Assembly (NCBI GenBank): GCA_963788195.1
Contig: CAWBGA010000013.1
Location: 64,001 to 128,000 of the forward strand
Reading direction: 5' to 3'
DNA length: 64,000 nt
Source of the DNA: Nitrospirota bacterium
GTDB lineage: Bacteria; Nitrospirota; Nitrospiria; Nitrospirales; NS-4
Made by a program: the position numbers and the translations under genes
Part shown: piece after piece, positions 9,912 through 20,567 of the stretch
Layout of the letters: each line of letters opens with the position of its first letter
How positions within the stretch are numbered: position 1 is the first letter of the stretch
The notes under the pieces: generated by a model
The model's database searches: none
Told to the model about the DNA's origin: nothing
What the model saw: only the letters and a program-made list of their open reading frames with translations

Positions 9912-10152
9912 GCCATTACACCCAGCCCGCCCCCGAGCTCGCCAAGACGAGCTCGTCTCTCCCGCGGCCTGAAATCATCGACCCCTTGCAAAGGAAGGCA
10001 ACGGGTGCCCCGGACAGACTCTTTCTTCCCCTGACAAGTTCGTTTCTCCCATTACACTGCAGCCCACCCCGAACTCGCCATTTCACCCGCCCGCCCTGGA
10101 ATCTGCCGGGACAGATTCCTTTGCCCCTGACGAGTTCGTCTCTCCCATGGCC
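9912..10152 (+). repeat. Dispersed modular repeat, copy C (right inverted arm, internally duplicated)
   Basis: Two ggacaga.tc.tt..cccctgac.agttcgt.tctcccat modules; similar to copies A and B. Confidence 0.8.
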
Positions 10153-10253
10153 TGATGATTATTTAAGGCCGCCGGGATAAGTCGCGCCAGCGCTGAGCCA
10201 CAATCGCTGGTTACGAGCCAAAAGCGCATTGAAAATATGATAATCTCCCACCA

Positions 10254-10853
10254 GTGACCGCTCCGATCGAAACCCGACTCTACCTTATCCGACATGGCGA
10301 AACTCCGCGGTCGGGATTCTGCAATGGCCATCTGGATGTGACCCTCACTTCACAAGGAGTATCAGAGATGGAGGACTTGGCTTCACGCCTCTCTGGCGAG
10401 GGAATCGCAGCCGTGTATGCCAGCGATCTCAGCCGGTCGATTCATAGCGCCGAAATCCTCGGACGCGTCATCGGCCGAAAACCGATCACGGTGCCGCTGT
10501 TACGGGAGAAATGTTTTGGGCAGTGGGAAGGTTTAACTCAAGCAGAGATCCAACGACAGTTCCCAACGGAATGGACAGAATGGATAGCGAACCCCGCGAA
10601 TGCCAAGCCCACCGGTGGCGAGAGTTGTCGCGAGTTGGCTATTCGTGTATTGCCGGTCATAGACGAGATCGTCAAGCAAAATCGTGACGAACGGGTAGCG
10701 ATCGTGGCGCATGGTGGGGTGAACCGCATCCTCCTATGCCATGCGCTAGGCTTGGACTTACGCTACATGGAGCGGATCGCGCAGAAACATGCGGCGCTGA
10801 ATATTATCGAGTTTCTTGAGAACGACGTGATCGTCAGGCTTGTGAATGGGTAA
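10254..10853 (+). CDS. Histidine phosphatase family protein (CobC/alpha-ribazole phosphatase-like)
   Basis: LIRHGET, SDLSR, LRE..FG.WEG and VAHGGV motifs. Confidence 0.85.
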   Translation: MTAPIETRLYLIRHGETPRSGFCNGHLDVTLTSQGVSEMEDLASRLSGEGIAAVYASDLSRSIHSAEILGRVIGRKPITVPLLREKCFGQWEGLTQAEIQRQFPTEWTEWIANPANAKPTGGESCRELAIRVLPVIDEIVKQNRDERVAIVAHGGVNRILLCHALGLDLRYMERIAQKHAALNIIEFLENDVIVRLVNG

Positions 10854-10863
10854 CCGGCGGGGC

Positions 10864-11073
10864 TTAAACTGCTTTTTTGATTCTGGGGCTTTTGGTAACC
10901 AGGCCGCTTTTGATGCAGTTGGTGCAGACGCGAATCCGGCGCGTCGCGCCGTTGATCAGGGCTCGGACGGTTTGCAGGTTCGGGCGAAACACTCGCTTCG
11001 TCCGGTTATTAGCATGACTCACGGTGTTGCCTACGGAATGACTTTTGCCGCACAGGTCACAAACTCTAGCCAC
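10864..11073 (-). CDS. rpmB: 50S ribosomal protein L28
   Basis: MARVCDLCGK...VSHANNRTKRVFRPNLQ...CTNC. Confidence 0.97.
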   Translation of the reverse strand: MARVCDLCGKSHSVGNTVSHANNRTKRVFRPNLQTVRALINGATRRIRVCTNCIKSGLVTKSPRIKKAV

Positions 11074-11169
11074 ACAGCACTCCTTGGTCAGTGTTGAAAA
11101 TTCCTCGGAATGCTAGCACAACCGGTGTTCGGTAACAAGACGTCGGCAAAAGGAATTGTCGGCAGATCG

Positions 11170-11320
11170 AGGCCACGGGAAAGAGCCGCTGTCTTGGCAG
11201 CCCCGGGGTGCGGCGGGTGAATAAGATTTGCAGGGTGGGCGGGTGCCAGGGAAATAAGCGGCCGTCTCAGCGGCCGCAGGGTGGCGGGTGAAAAGCGAAA
11301 GACTGTCTTGGCAGTTTCGG
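11170..11320 (-). repeat. Dispersed modular repeat, copy D (tandem modules)
   Basis: Repeated cacccgcc / gccaagacag / tttcccgtggcc modules on the minus strand. Confidence 0.7.
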
Positions 11321-11356
11321 GCCGACGGTGAGAAGCGATCTCGCGGGGATCGATTA

Positions 11357-12128
11357 TTAGTCGGTCTCGACCAGCAAGTGAGCGCGACGATTCCTTGAGT
11401 AACACACCTCATCGCGGGTCTTTGCAACTCGGCCGTTCCTTACCGTAACTGGTGACGGCGACAACATTGTGGATTCCGAGATCTGAGAGATATTGAAGGG
11501 TTTCCTTGGCGCGTTTCTCTCCCAACGCGAGGTTGTATTCACCGCTGCCGCGTTCATCGCAGTGGCCTTCGATGATGAGCTTCGCCTTGGGATTCTCCCT
11601 CAGAAAGCCCGCGCTTCGAGAAAGATTTTTCTTTCCCTCTTCGGAAAGTCCCCAGCGATCATAGGCAAAGTAGACATCAACAAGCGACTTGCGCCCTTCT
11701 TCGCGTAGTCTCCGCGCCTCTCGGGTTTCCAGCGCCTGAGCGTCAGCCTTTGAAAGCATTGTTGGCCCTGTGCCCACGCCGGATTCTCTTGAGGAGCCCG
11801 GGGTGAAGCCCGTCAGAGGTTGACCATCGGGCCCAAAGCCTGGAAGGGGTCGACCATCGGGGCCGATGGGTGGGTAAAAGCCGGGAAGGGGCCGCCCGTC
11901 CGGGCCCATACGTGGGACATAGCCAGGCAGGGGCTGGCCATCGGACCCGACGCCTGGGGTTCCCGGGGCGTACGTACCGTCCTCTCGCGGCACTGAAGCG
12001 CTTTTGAAGGCGGAGAGTTGACCGCTCTCAGTTCCATCGCATGTGGAGGAGACGTTTTTCGAGGCGCATCCGGTGACGGTCAAGAATACCAGCGCGCTCA
12101 TTGCGATTCCGATTGCTCGTGCGTTCAT
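11357..12128 (-). CDS. Pal/OmpA-family lipoprotein paralog with Pro/Gly repeat linker (frameshift near 11415)
   Basis: Lipobox VTGC; EGHCDERGS.EYNLALGEKRA, SYGKERP; the NRRAHL tail is in the alternate frame ending at 11357. Confidence 0.9.
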
Positions 12129-12163
12129 GCTACCCTCATCGAGTTGTGGCGAGAGATTAAGAA

Positions 12164-12180
12164 GTTATATTAGGTATAAC
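12164..12180. promoter_or_regulatory. Palindrome GTTATA-N5-TATAAC upstream of the Pal paralog
   Basis: Perfect 6-bp inverted repeat in an AT-rich intergenic patch. Confidence 0.35.
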
Positions 12181-12210
12181 ATCTAAAGCTATTAACTCAA
12201 CTCAAAGTGA

Positions 12211-12423
12211 TTATTTCGGGAGCTTCCAGCATCCTAGCCCCATCTCTTCCGGACGTTTCCATCGTGTGTACCGTGTGCGCGATGACATCCAGCGAGAAAT
12301 GAGCGACGAACTCGAACTGCCTATGCCCATGAGGACGAACGCCAGCGAGATGATGAACATGACTTCCACGACGTAGCGGATCAGGGGGTACTGGGTGAGA
12401 AATTCCATGACGACCTCAATCAT
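12211..12423 (-). CDS. Small hypothetical membrane protein
   Basis: ORF with a hydrophobic segment; no recognised family. Confidence 0.45.
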   Translation of the reverse strand: MIEVVMEFLTQYPLIRYVVEVMFIISLAFVLMGIGSSSSSLISRWMSSRTRYTRWKRPEEMGLGCWKLPK

Positions 12424-12612
12424 ATTAACGTTTCTACATTTCTTTATCGGGTGACTGATCTTCCAGCTTTAGAAAAAACGGCTCCGAGTTTCGTATCCCT
12501 GCTTAGACAAAAAGGAGTCACGATTTGCGACGTGAGAGTCGTCCGGTCGACGGCGGCACTGTAACTCCTTGAAGTCTATGATAAAGTTGCGTGACAATAG
12601 GGCACGCATCGG

Positions 12613-15064
12613 ATGGACCGGCTTAAAGAGATACTTCAGATCATCGATCGCCCGCTGGATTTCGCTGAAGGCGGCGGCTCTCTCGCGCTTAAAGACCTCG
12701 GCAGATTTATCTCCCGGCAGGTGACGGAGGCGCTGGGTGAGCGCGTGCGTCCCCAAGCCACAGAGGCGGCACTGCTGCGTCTTGTGCAACTTTTCTCGGA
12801 TTATGATCAACTCCCGCATGGCCAACGTGCCGCGCGCGTGAAAGAGGCTCGCAGTCTCATCCGAGGTCTCAGTCACGCTCTGGCCCCGCCGACGGTCATG
12901 TCGCCCCCACAGAGTTATCGGCTCTCAGACTATCCAGTGCAGTATGTACGCGGAGTGGGGCCTAAAAAGGCAGAAGCCTTGGCCCAGATTGGAATCCGCA
13001 GCGTGGAAGACGCCGTGTGGATGGTTCCCTGGCGATACGAGGATCGCTCCCAGTTGCGGTCCATCAGCAGTCTGGTTCCCGGTGAAACGGCCATGATCAA
13101 AGCGCGCGTCGAGAACGCCGCCCTGAAGCTGACGCATTACCAGCGCCGTAAACTCATCGAGATGACGGTTGCGGATGGGACGGGCAAGCTTCATCTCACC
13201 TGGTTTAACCAGGCCTATCTCGCCGAGACCTTTCATCCAGGACAGCTGCTGATGCTCTATGGTCAAGTAAGGCCGAAAAATGGTCGCTGGACAGAGCTTC
13301 AGATGGACAATCCGGTCTTTGAGGTTCTCGAGGGGGCTGAGAACGAGCTCGCCAGTGCACCCACCCATCCTGATCTGACGCATATGGGGAGGATCGTGCC
13401 GATTTACCACGGACGGGAAACTAAATCCCGGCTGATGATGAGCGACCGGTTACGCGTAATCATGAAGTTGATCATCGACCATTATGGCCAGGGCGCCATT
13501 GATCCGCTGCCTGCGGACCTGATTCGGCGCCGGGGGCTGCTGCCCTTCGGCACAGCGATTCGGCAAGTCCATTTTCCTGACCCTGGAACGGACATCGAAG
13601 GATTAAATAAGGCCCGGAGCCCAGGACACCGACGCCTCGCGTTCGAGGATTTTCTTCTCTTGGAGCTGGCACTCGGCCAGAAGCGGGAAGAAGTGAAAAA
13701 GGAGTCGCGGGTTTTCACCTATGATCTGGAGTCTCCTCTCCCGAGCCGGCTTCTGGCCGCGCTACCATTCGGTTTGACGGCTGCACAGGCGCGCGTCCTC
13801 GAAGACATCCGGCGGGACATGGCGAGTCCTCATCCGATGAATCGGTTGATTCAAGGAGACGTGGGGTCAGGCAAAACAGTTGTTGCGGTGCTCGCGATAT
13901 TGGCTGCCGTCGGGTCCGGCTATCAGGCGGCGCTCATGGCGCCCACAGAAATTCTGGCCGAACAGCATTATCTGACGCTTCAGCGTCTGCTGAAGCCCCT
14001 CGAGATCTCCTGCCTGTTATTGACTGGCGGCCGTGGGGGCAAAAAACGGGAAGGGAGCGTTGGCGGCGATTGCCGACGGATCTGCAAAGATTATCCTTGG
14101 CACGCACGCGTTGATCCAGCAGGATGTGAGGTTCAAGCAACTCGCGTTGGCGGTGGTGGATGAACAGCACAAATTCGGCGTCTTGCAACGGGCGGTTCTG
14201 AAGGAGAAAGGATACTCGGCGGATGTCCTCGTGATGACCGCGACGCCGATTCCCCGGACATTGGCCCTCACTGTCTATGGGGATCTCGATGTGTCAGTGA
14301 TCGATGCCATGCCTCCGGGGCGGCGCCCGGTTCGTACGCTGCTGTTCGGTGAAAGCCATCGAGCGCGTGCGTACCGCCTTGTCGAGGATGAACTATCCCG
14401 AGGCCGGCAGGCTTATGTGGTGTTCCCGCTTGTTGAGGAGTCTGAGAAAGTCGATTTGCAGGCAGCAATGTCGGAGGCCAAGCGGTTGCAAGAGGAGGTC
14501 TTCCCGAAATGGGTGGTCGGCCTCATTCATGGCCGAATGAAAACCGGGGAAAAGGATCGAGTGATGGCTGCCTTCCAGGAAGGCCGCATTCAGGTGCTGG
14601 TGGCGACGACGGTCATCGAGGTGGGGATCGACATTGCGAACGCCGGTGTCATCCTCATCGAGCATGCCGACCGCTTCGGACTCGCCCAGCTGCATCAGCT
14701 GCGCGGACGGGTCGGCCGGGGGCCCCATCAATCCTATTGCTTCCTGATGGCGCCTCGCCGGCTCACCGAAGAGGGACGGCGACGACTGGAAGCTCTGGTG
14801 AAAAGTCATGACGGCTTCGACATCGCCGAAGAGGATCTGGCCATCCGCGGACCCGGAGAATTCTTCGGCACCCGCCAATGGGGTCCAGCGGATCTTCGTG
14901 TCGCACATCTTATCCGCGATGCCATGATTCTGAACGAAGCCCGGCAAGAGTCTGCAGCTCTGCTACGTGATGATCCCAAACTCGCGCGGGCGGAACACGC
15001 GGAATTGAAGGGCGCCTTGCTGCGTCGCTGGGGCGCCAAGCTCGATCTTGCGAGGATTTCCTGA
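12613..15064 (+). CDS. recG: ATP-dependent DNA helicase RecG (frameshift near 14040)
   Basis: RLIQGDVGSGKT, APTEILAEQH, DEQHKFG, TATPIPRT and QLHQLRGRVGRG motifs across two frames. Confidence 0.95.
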
Positions 15065-15378
15065 TGCTTCTTCGATGGCGGCGGTTGCGGCACGATCTAG
15101 TGGCAGGATTCGCCGTGGTACGGCAAGGATCGGCGACCGCCGTGAATCGATCGTTAGAGGAGGTTGAGCTGTTGCGTTTGAAGTTCCGATTGGATGCCGT
15201 GGAAGCGGAAATCAAGGAGCTGTACCGCTCGGCGGGTGAGCGGGCGTTTCACGTTATGGAGCGCGAAACAGGTGGTGTGCTGAAGGAGAAGGAGCTGCTG
15301 CGCCTGTTCGAAAAGATCGATGAACTCGTCCAGGAGGAGAATCGGATCCGATTTGAGATGCAGCAGGTTCGGGATTAG
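15064..15378 (+). CDS. Hypothetical coiled-coil protein
   Basis: Start overlaps the recG stop codon; helical composition. Confidence 0.65.
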   Translation: MLLRWRRLRHDLVAGFAVVRQGSATAVNRSLEEVELLRLKFRLDAVEAEIKELYRSAGERAFHVMERETGGVLKEKELLRLFEKIDELVQEENRIRFEMQQVRD

Positions 15379-15383
15379 AACCC

Positions 15384-16670
15384 ATGCCTCGTTAGGTCAT
15401 GGGGAAGGAGTCACTCGCTATCAATGGCTCGTGCTCTTCGTCGCCTGGCTCGGATGGGTATTCGATTCCATGGATGCGATGATCTACGCGCTGGTCCTGC
15501 ATCCTGCGCTTCACGATCTGCTTCCCGCAACCTTGGGGCGGGCGGCGACGGATGCCGACATCGGCTGGTACGGTGGCATCATCTTTTCCATCTTCCTCCT
15601 CGGCTGGGCTCTTGGCGGGGTCGTCTTCGGGGTGGTTGCCGATCGCATCGGTCGCACAAAGACCTTGATCATGACTATTTTGATCTATGCGATCTTCACC
15701 GGGATGGCTGCGCTCTCCGAGAGTTGGTGGCATCTCGCGGTGTATCGCTTTCTGACGGCCTTGGGCATCGGCGGCGAGTGGGCCGCAGGCGCGGCGCTCG
15801 TCGCGGAGGTATGGCCCGAGGATAAGCGAGCAAAGGCGGCGGGGATCCTCCAGTCTGCGTGGGCGGCCGGGTTCTTCCTGGCCGCAGCGTGTTACCTGCT
15901 GCTGCGCGATTTTCCCTGGCAAGCGCTATTCCTCGTGGGAGTTGCTCCCGCCTTCGTGGCCCTTCTCGTGCGGCTGTGGGTGAAGGAACCGGATCGGTGG
16001 GTCAAGGCGCATGCGATCGAGGAACAACATGGGGCTCACGCACCGGGCGAAGATCCTTGAGCTGTTCCACGGCCCGCTTCGGCGGTCCACCTTGGTCGGC
16101 GCCTCCTTGGCGTTTGTGGCCGTGTTCGGGTTGTGGGGCGCCACGAATTGGACCCCGACATTGATCAGAGCGCTGCCGGACATGCAGGGGTTGAGTCCCG
16201 TCGACGTCAAAACCTATGTGGTGTATGCCACGATGTCGTTGAACGCCGGCGCGCTCTTGGGATATCTCAGCTTCGGACCCCTCGCTGACCGGTTCGGGCG
16301 GCGGGCGGCATTCGCTGTGATGTGTCTCGGGAGCCTCGTGATGGTGCCCATTACGTATGTCACGCCGCGGGCATATGGGGACGTGATACTGTTGCTCCCC
16401 CTACTGGGATTTTTCAATAATGGCATCTTCAGCGGCTTTCCCATCTATTTGCCGGAGCTCTACCCCACGAGAATTCGCGCCACGGGCGCCGGGTTCTGTT
16501 TTAACGCGGGACGGGTCCTGGCCTCCGCCGGCCCATTAATGACGGGCTTTCTCGTAGCGACGCTGGGCAGCTTTGGACGGGCCGCCAGCGCCGTGGCGTT
16601 GATCTATCTTTTGGGGCTCGCGATCCTGCTATGGGCGCCGGAGACCCGAGGACGGCCGTTACCGGAATGA
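15384..16670 (+). CDS. MFS transporter (frameshifted)
   Basis: GWVFDSMD, ADRIGR, GIGGEW, ADRFGRR and ELYPTRIRATG motifs over ORFs 15320..16060 and 16011..16670. Confidence 0.9.
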
Positions 16671-16880
16671 GCGGCCAGGCCGCACACCTACGTCGTCATT
16701 ATTCCCTCGTTGCATTCAGGCCAACACCATTTCTTTGCCTTCCTGCGGAAAAGGTGGCGCAAAACAGCGGCCGGGCCCACGCCCCTCTTAAGATGCTGCT
16801 CACCCAAGCAAAAATCCGATTTATATTTCAGCGGAACTTGGTGCAAATGTTACTGAACGGTCGATTGCGGAGAAAAACAG

Positions 16881-18422
16881 ATGAGGTTTCTTGCGGTCCA
16901 CCCGAGTGCTCTCATATACACGAAGATCTACCTGCGTCTGGAGCCGCTAGGGTTGGAACTCGTGGCAGCAGCGGTGCGCCGGGCTGGACACGAGGTCCGA
17001 TTGATTGATCTTCAGGTGGAGACCCATAAAGACTTTTTCCATATCTTGGAAACCTGGAAGCCCGATGTCGTCGCGTTCTCTTGCAACTATCTCGCCAACG
17101 TTCCGGAGATCGTCGATCTCGCCAAGCTGGCTAAACGCAGACTTCCCCAGAGTTTTGTGCTGGTTGGCGGGCACAGCGCGTCCTTCATTGCAGGGGAGTT
17201 TCTAGAACATGGCGAAGGTGCCATTGATTGTGTCCTCAAAGGCGAAGGGGAAGCGGCGATTCCGAAGCTTTTACTGGCTGTCGAACACGATCGCGCCGCG
17301 ATCAAAACGGTGCCCGGAGCCGTGACCCTGGAGGGAGAGGGACCTCCTCCGGCTTTCGTGGAGAGTCTCGATGAGCTTTTGCCTGCCCGCGATCTGTTGC
17401 GGCATCGACGGAAGTACTTTATCGGAGTGCTGGACCCGTGCGCCTCAATCGAGTTCACTCGAGGTTGTCCCTGGGATTGTTCCTTCTGTAGCGCGTGGAC
17501 ATTTTACGGTCGCAGTTACCGAGTCGTGAGTCCCGAAAAGGCCGTTGAGGATCTGGAGCGTACGAAAGAGCCCGGGATCTTTATCGTGGATGACGTAGCC
17601 TTTATTCAGGCGAAACATGGATTGGAAATCGGCGAAGCCATCGCGAGGAAAGGCATCAAGAAAAAGTACTATCTGGAGACCCGCGGCGATGTGCTGCTGC
17701 GCAATAAGGACGTGTTCAAGTTCTGGAAGCAGCTTGGCATGGAGTACATGTTCCTGGGTATCGAGGCGATTGACGAAGAAGGACTGCTCAAGCATCGCAA
17801 GCGGACGACCATCGGCAAGAATTTCGAGGCGCTGGAATTCGCGAGATCGCTCGGAATTACGGTCGCGATCAATCTCATTGCCGATCCCGGATGGGACCGG
17901 AAGCGTTTTGAGGTGGTCCGTCAATGGTGTCTGGAGATTCCGGAGATCGTGAACATCAGCGTGAACACTCCGTATCCCGGTACTGAGAGCTGGCAGACGG
18001 AATCCCGAAAGATCCAAACCCGCGATTACCGTCTTTTTGATATTCAGCATGTGGTTCTGCCGACGACGTTGCCGCTGCAGGATTTTTACGAGGAACTGAT
18101 TCAAACCCAACAAGTCTTGAATATGAAACATCTCGGCTGGCAGGCTCTGAAATCTACGGCGAAGCTTGCGATGCGACTTCTGCTCCGGGGTCAGACCAAC
18201 TTCGTCAAAATGCTCTGGAAGTTCAACAGTGTGTTCAACTCGAAGTTACAGCTCGCAGATCACCAGCGACCGGTGAAGTATCACATGAAACTGCCGCACA
18301 GTCACAAAACGGGCAAACCCCAGCCAGTGTATATTCACAAGCCGCATGGGCGTCAGGGCCGGGTGACCGACGATTCGACGGAGCAGTTCATCGAAGAGAC
18401 CCGCATGGGCACAAGCGTATAG
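16881..18422 (+). CDS. hpnR: Hopanoid C-3 methylase (B12-dependent radical SAM)
   Basis: N-terminus MRFLAVHPS..YTKIYLRLEPLGLELVA and FSCNYLANVPE typical of HpnR; CPWDCSFC radical SAM motif. Confidence 0.85.
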   Translation: MRFLAVHPSALIYTKIYLRLEPLGLELVAAAVRRAGHEVRLIDLQVETHKDFFHILETWKPDVVAFSCNYLANVPEIVDLAKLAKRRLPQSFVLVGGHSASFIAGEFLEHGEGAIDCVLKGEGEAAIPKLLLAVEHDRAAIKTVPGAVTLEGEGPPPAFVESLDELLPARDLLRHRRKYFIGVLDPCASIEFTRGCPWDCSFCSAWTFYGRSYRVVSPEKAVEDLERTKEPGIFIVDDVAFIQAKHGLEIGEAIARKGIKKKYYLETRGDVLLRNKDVFKFWKQLGMEYMFLGIEAIDEEGLLKHRKRTTIGKNFEALEFARSLGITVAINLIADPGWDRKRFEVVRQWCLEIPEIVNISVNTPYPGTESWQTESRKIQTRDYRLFDIQHVVLPTTLPLQDFYEELIQTQQVLNMKHLGWQALKSTAKLAMRLLLRGQTNFVKMLWKFNSVFNSKLQLADHQRPVKYHMKLPHSHKTGKPQPVYIHKPHGRQGRVTDDSTEQFIEETRMGTSV

Positions 18423-18535
18423 CGCGTTTTATTGCATTGGTGTGTGCCCCGTGGCTTGCGAACAGCGAGAGAGGACCACGAGAAAAGCGTGGTCCTCTCG
18501 ACGCATTCCGAACTGCGATCCTTTGGTATCGAATC

Positions 18536-18832
18536 TTACCTGAAGGTCAGAACCGCCAGTGCGACAACCGCCAGTACCAACCCACAGAGTGCGACGAAGG
18601 TAAGAATCTGCAGCCGCTTTCGGAGTTGTTGAAGTTGGGTCGTCAGCTCCTCATTGATACGCGATTGGAGTTCCAGCGCCTTCTCCAGTCTTTCGATGCG
18701 TCCTTGAGGATCGTTTTGAACAGAAGGATCCAGGGGTGCCTGTCGTTGCGCCTGATAGCTTCGCACGCCGGAGATGACGTCGGGGATAAGGGGCACGAGC
18801 CACTTCAGGATGGTTGCTAAAGGAAGAGCCAT
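18536..18832 (-). CDS. Hypothetical coiled-coil membrane protein
   Basis: GAGGAGG RBS; coiled coil plus C-terminal TM. Confidence 0.7.
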   Translation of the reverse strand: MALPLATILKWLVPLIPDVISGVRSYQAQRQAPLDPSVQNDPQGRIERLEKALELQSRINEELTTQLQQLRKRLQILTFVALCGLVLAVVALAVLTFR

Positions 18833-18941
18833 CTCACATCCCTCCTCTACACCCGCCGGCCAAGTCCATTCCCGGGAATTGTAACAGGATCAGGATCGGC
18901 TAGCGAACACGCCCGGATTATGTGGGCCTACCGGAGCGTGG

Positions 18942-18971
18942 TTGACAAGAAAGAAGACACGAGCCGATACT
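18942..18971 (+). promoter_or_regulatory. Sigma70-like promoter for the peroxiredoxin
   Basis: TTGACA-N18-GATACT. Confidence 0.5.
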
Positions 18972-19032
18972 TAATATACCTGGATTAACCGGTCTACATG
19001 CGTCGGCGGGGTCTAAAAAAAAGGAGATTCAT

Positions 19033-19668
19033 ATGGCACTGCGATTGGGAGATGAAGCGCCGAATTTTAAAGCCGAGACGACCGAGGGCCCGATTGACTT
19101 TCATCAATGGCTGGGGGACAGCTGGGGAATTCTGTTCTCCCATCCCAAAGATTTCACGCCGGTGTGCACCACGGAGCTCGGGACCGTCGCGAAGATCATG
19201 CCGGAGTTCAAGAAGCGGAATGTCAAGGTGATCGCCATAAGTGTTGATCCGATGGATGCCCACAAGGGTTGGATCAAAGACATCAATGAGACGCAAAAGT
19301 GCACAGTCAACTACCCGCTGATCGCGGATCCTGAAAAAAAGGTGGCGACGCTGTACGACATGATCCATCCCAATGCTTTGGACAATATGACGGTACGTTC
19401 GGTCTTTATCATCGGGCCGGATAAGAAGATCAAGATGTCCCTCACCTATCCGGCCTCCGCTGGGCGAAACTTCGATGAACTCCTGCGGGTCATTGACTCT
19501 CTACAGCTCACGTCGAAGTACAAGGTGGCGACCCCGGCGAACTGGAAGGATGGGGAGGATTGCATCATCACACCGGCAGTCACCGATGCCGAGATTCCAT
19601 CTCTGTTTCCGAAAGGCCACAGGGCCGTCAAGCCGTACCTTCGCTACACGCCGCAGCCGAACAAGTAA
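19033..19668 (+). CDS. 1-Cys peroxiredoxin (Prx6 family)
   Basis: FSHPKDFTPVCTTE, GRNFDE and TPANW motifs. Confidence 0.95.
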   Translation: MALRLGDEAPNFKAETTEGPIDFHQWLGDSWGILFSHPKDFTPVCTTELGTVAKIMPEFKKRNVKVIAISVDPMDAHKGWIKDINETQKCTVNYPLIADPEKKVATLYDMIHPNALDNMTVRSVFIIGPDKKIKMSLTYPASAGRNFDELLRVIDSLQLTSKYKVATPANWKDGEDCIITPAVTDAEIPSLFPKGHRAVKPYLRYTPQPNK

Positions 19669-19688
19669 GTTCCTAGGGGTGGCGCAGG

Positions 19689-19763
19689 GGGGACAGGCAA
19701 CTTTTTGGGAACGAACGAATGAGTGGGCTGCGGCATGAATACCTGAAAAAGTAGCCTGTCCCC
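19689..19763. repeat. REP-like inverted pair 1
   Basis: GGGGACAGGCAACTTTTT ...39 nt... AAAAAGTAGCCTGTCCCC (1 mismatch). Confidence 0.85.
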
Positions 19764-19768
19764 TTGCT

Positions 19769-20530
19769 TTAGTGCGGTATGGCCTTCTTAAAGACGATAT
19801 CTCCATAGTACGCGATCGCCGATTCGCCGGTGTTATCTGTATCGGTCATGATCGCGACGCCTGAGACTAGAGGCGGGTCGCCCCCAAAGGCCAGCCTGTA
19901 GTCCTCAAATACATTGCGCTGCTCGTTGACCCATTGGTTGATGCGTGACGTGCCGCTCTCGACCACGATCATCTTGCTGCGATCCGTATAGGGGCTGGAC
20001 ACGAGAGTCCCCTTGGGAGCCTTGCTTTCCCAGATGTAGTTTAAAGCGGCAAGCGGCGGATAATGGCCGTACACCAGTTTGTATGTCGCAAATTTCGCAC
20101 GCTCAATAAAGCCTACACGACGGGGATCATAGGCAAAAGTGATATACACCCGCGCCGAATAGTCATCGCCCTGCTTTTTCGTAACGTCCCCTTTGTGCAG
20201 CACGTTCGATACTTTCCAGCGCCAACTGAGAATCGGATATTCTCTTAAGTCCACAGTGATCTCACGAATCAGGCCGGATGCAGAGGCATGACTGACAGCC
20301 TTGATGGAGGTCACTTCCTCTTCTTTAGTGACTGTATACATCGTGTGCCGGTCGATCTTCGGGAACGTGAGCGGTTTCCAGGGATCAGGCAGGGTAACTC
20401 CCTCCTGAGCTGCCGAGAACTTTCCAACTTCGAGGACGGAAGGCGATTGAGATTGAACTGGCCATCCCAGACACAGAAGAAAAGCTGTAAAAGGGGACAG
20501 GCTACTTTTCCATGACAGACGTGGACTCAT
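19769..20530 (-). CDS. DUF3047 family exported protein
   Basis: SHASASGL, LSWRWKV, GDDYSARVY and IMTDTDNTGE motifs. Confidence 0.85.
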   Translation of the reverse strand: MSPRLSWKSSLSPFTAFLLCLGWPVQSQSPSVLEVGKFSAAQEGVTLPDPWKPLTFPKIDRHTMYTVTKEEEVTSIKAVSHASASGLIREITVDLREYPILSWRWKVSNVLHKGDVTKKQGDDYSARVYITFAYDPRRVGFIERAKFATYKLVYGHYPPLAALNYIWESKAPKGTLVSSPYTDRSKMIVVESGTSRINQWVNEQRNVFEDYRLAFGGDPPLVSGVAIMTDTDNTGESAIAYYGDIVFKKAIPH

Positions 20531-20567
20531 ACTAGCGCTGTTGCAATTGAAAAGTTGCCTGTCCCCT
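20492..20567. repeat. REP-like inverted pair 2
   Basis: AGGGGACAGGCTACTTTTC ...38 nt... GAAAAGTTGCCTGTCCCCT (1 mismatch). Confidence 0.85.

Noticed and set aside
9912..10250. Cobalamin riboswitch upstream of the CobC-like phosphatase
   Set aside because: No recognisable B12-box core; the sequence belongs to the dispersed repeat family found elsewhere.
8432..18980. Identical 13-mer TACTTAATATACC at 8432 and 18968
   Set aside because: Only two AT-rich copies in promoter regions; may be chance, with no further support.
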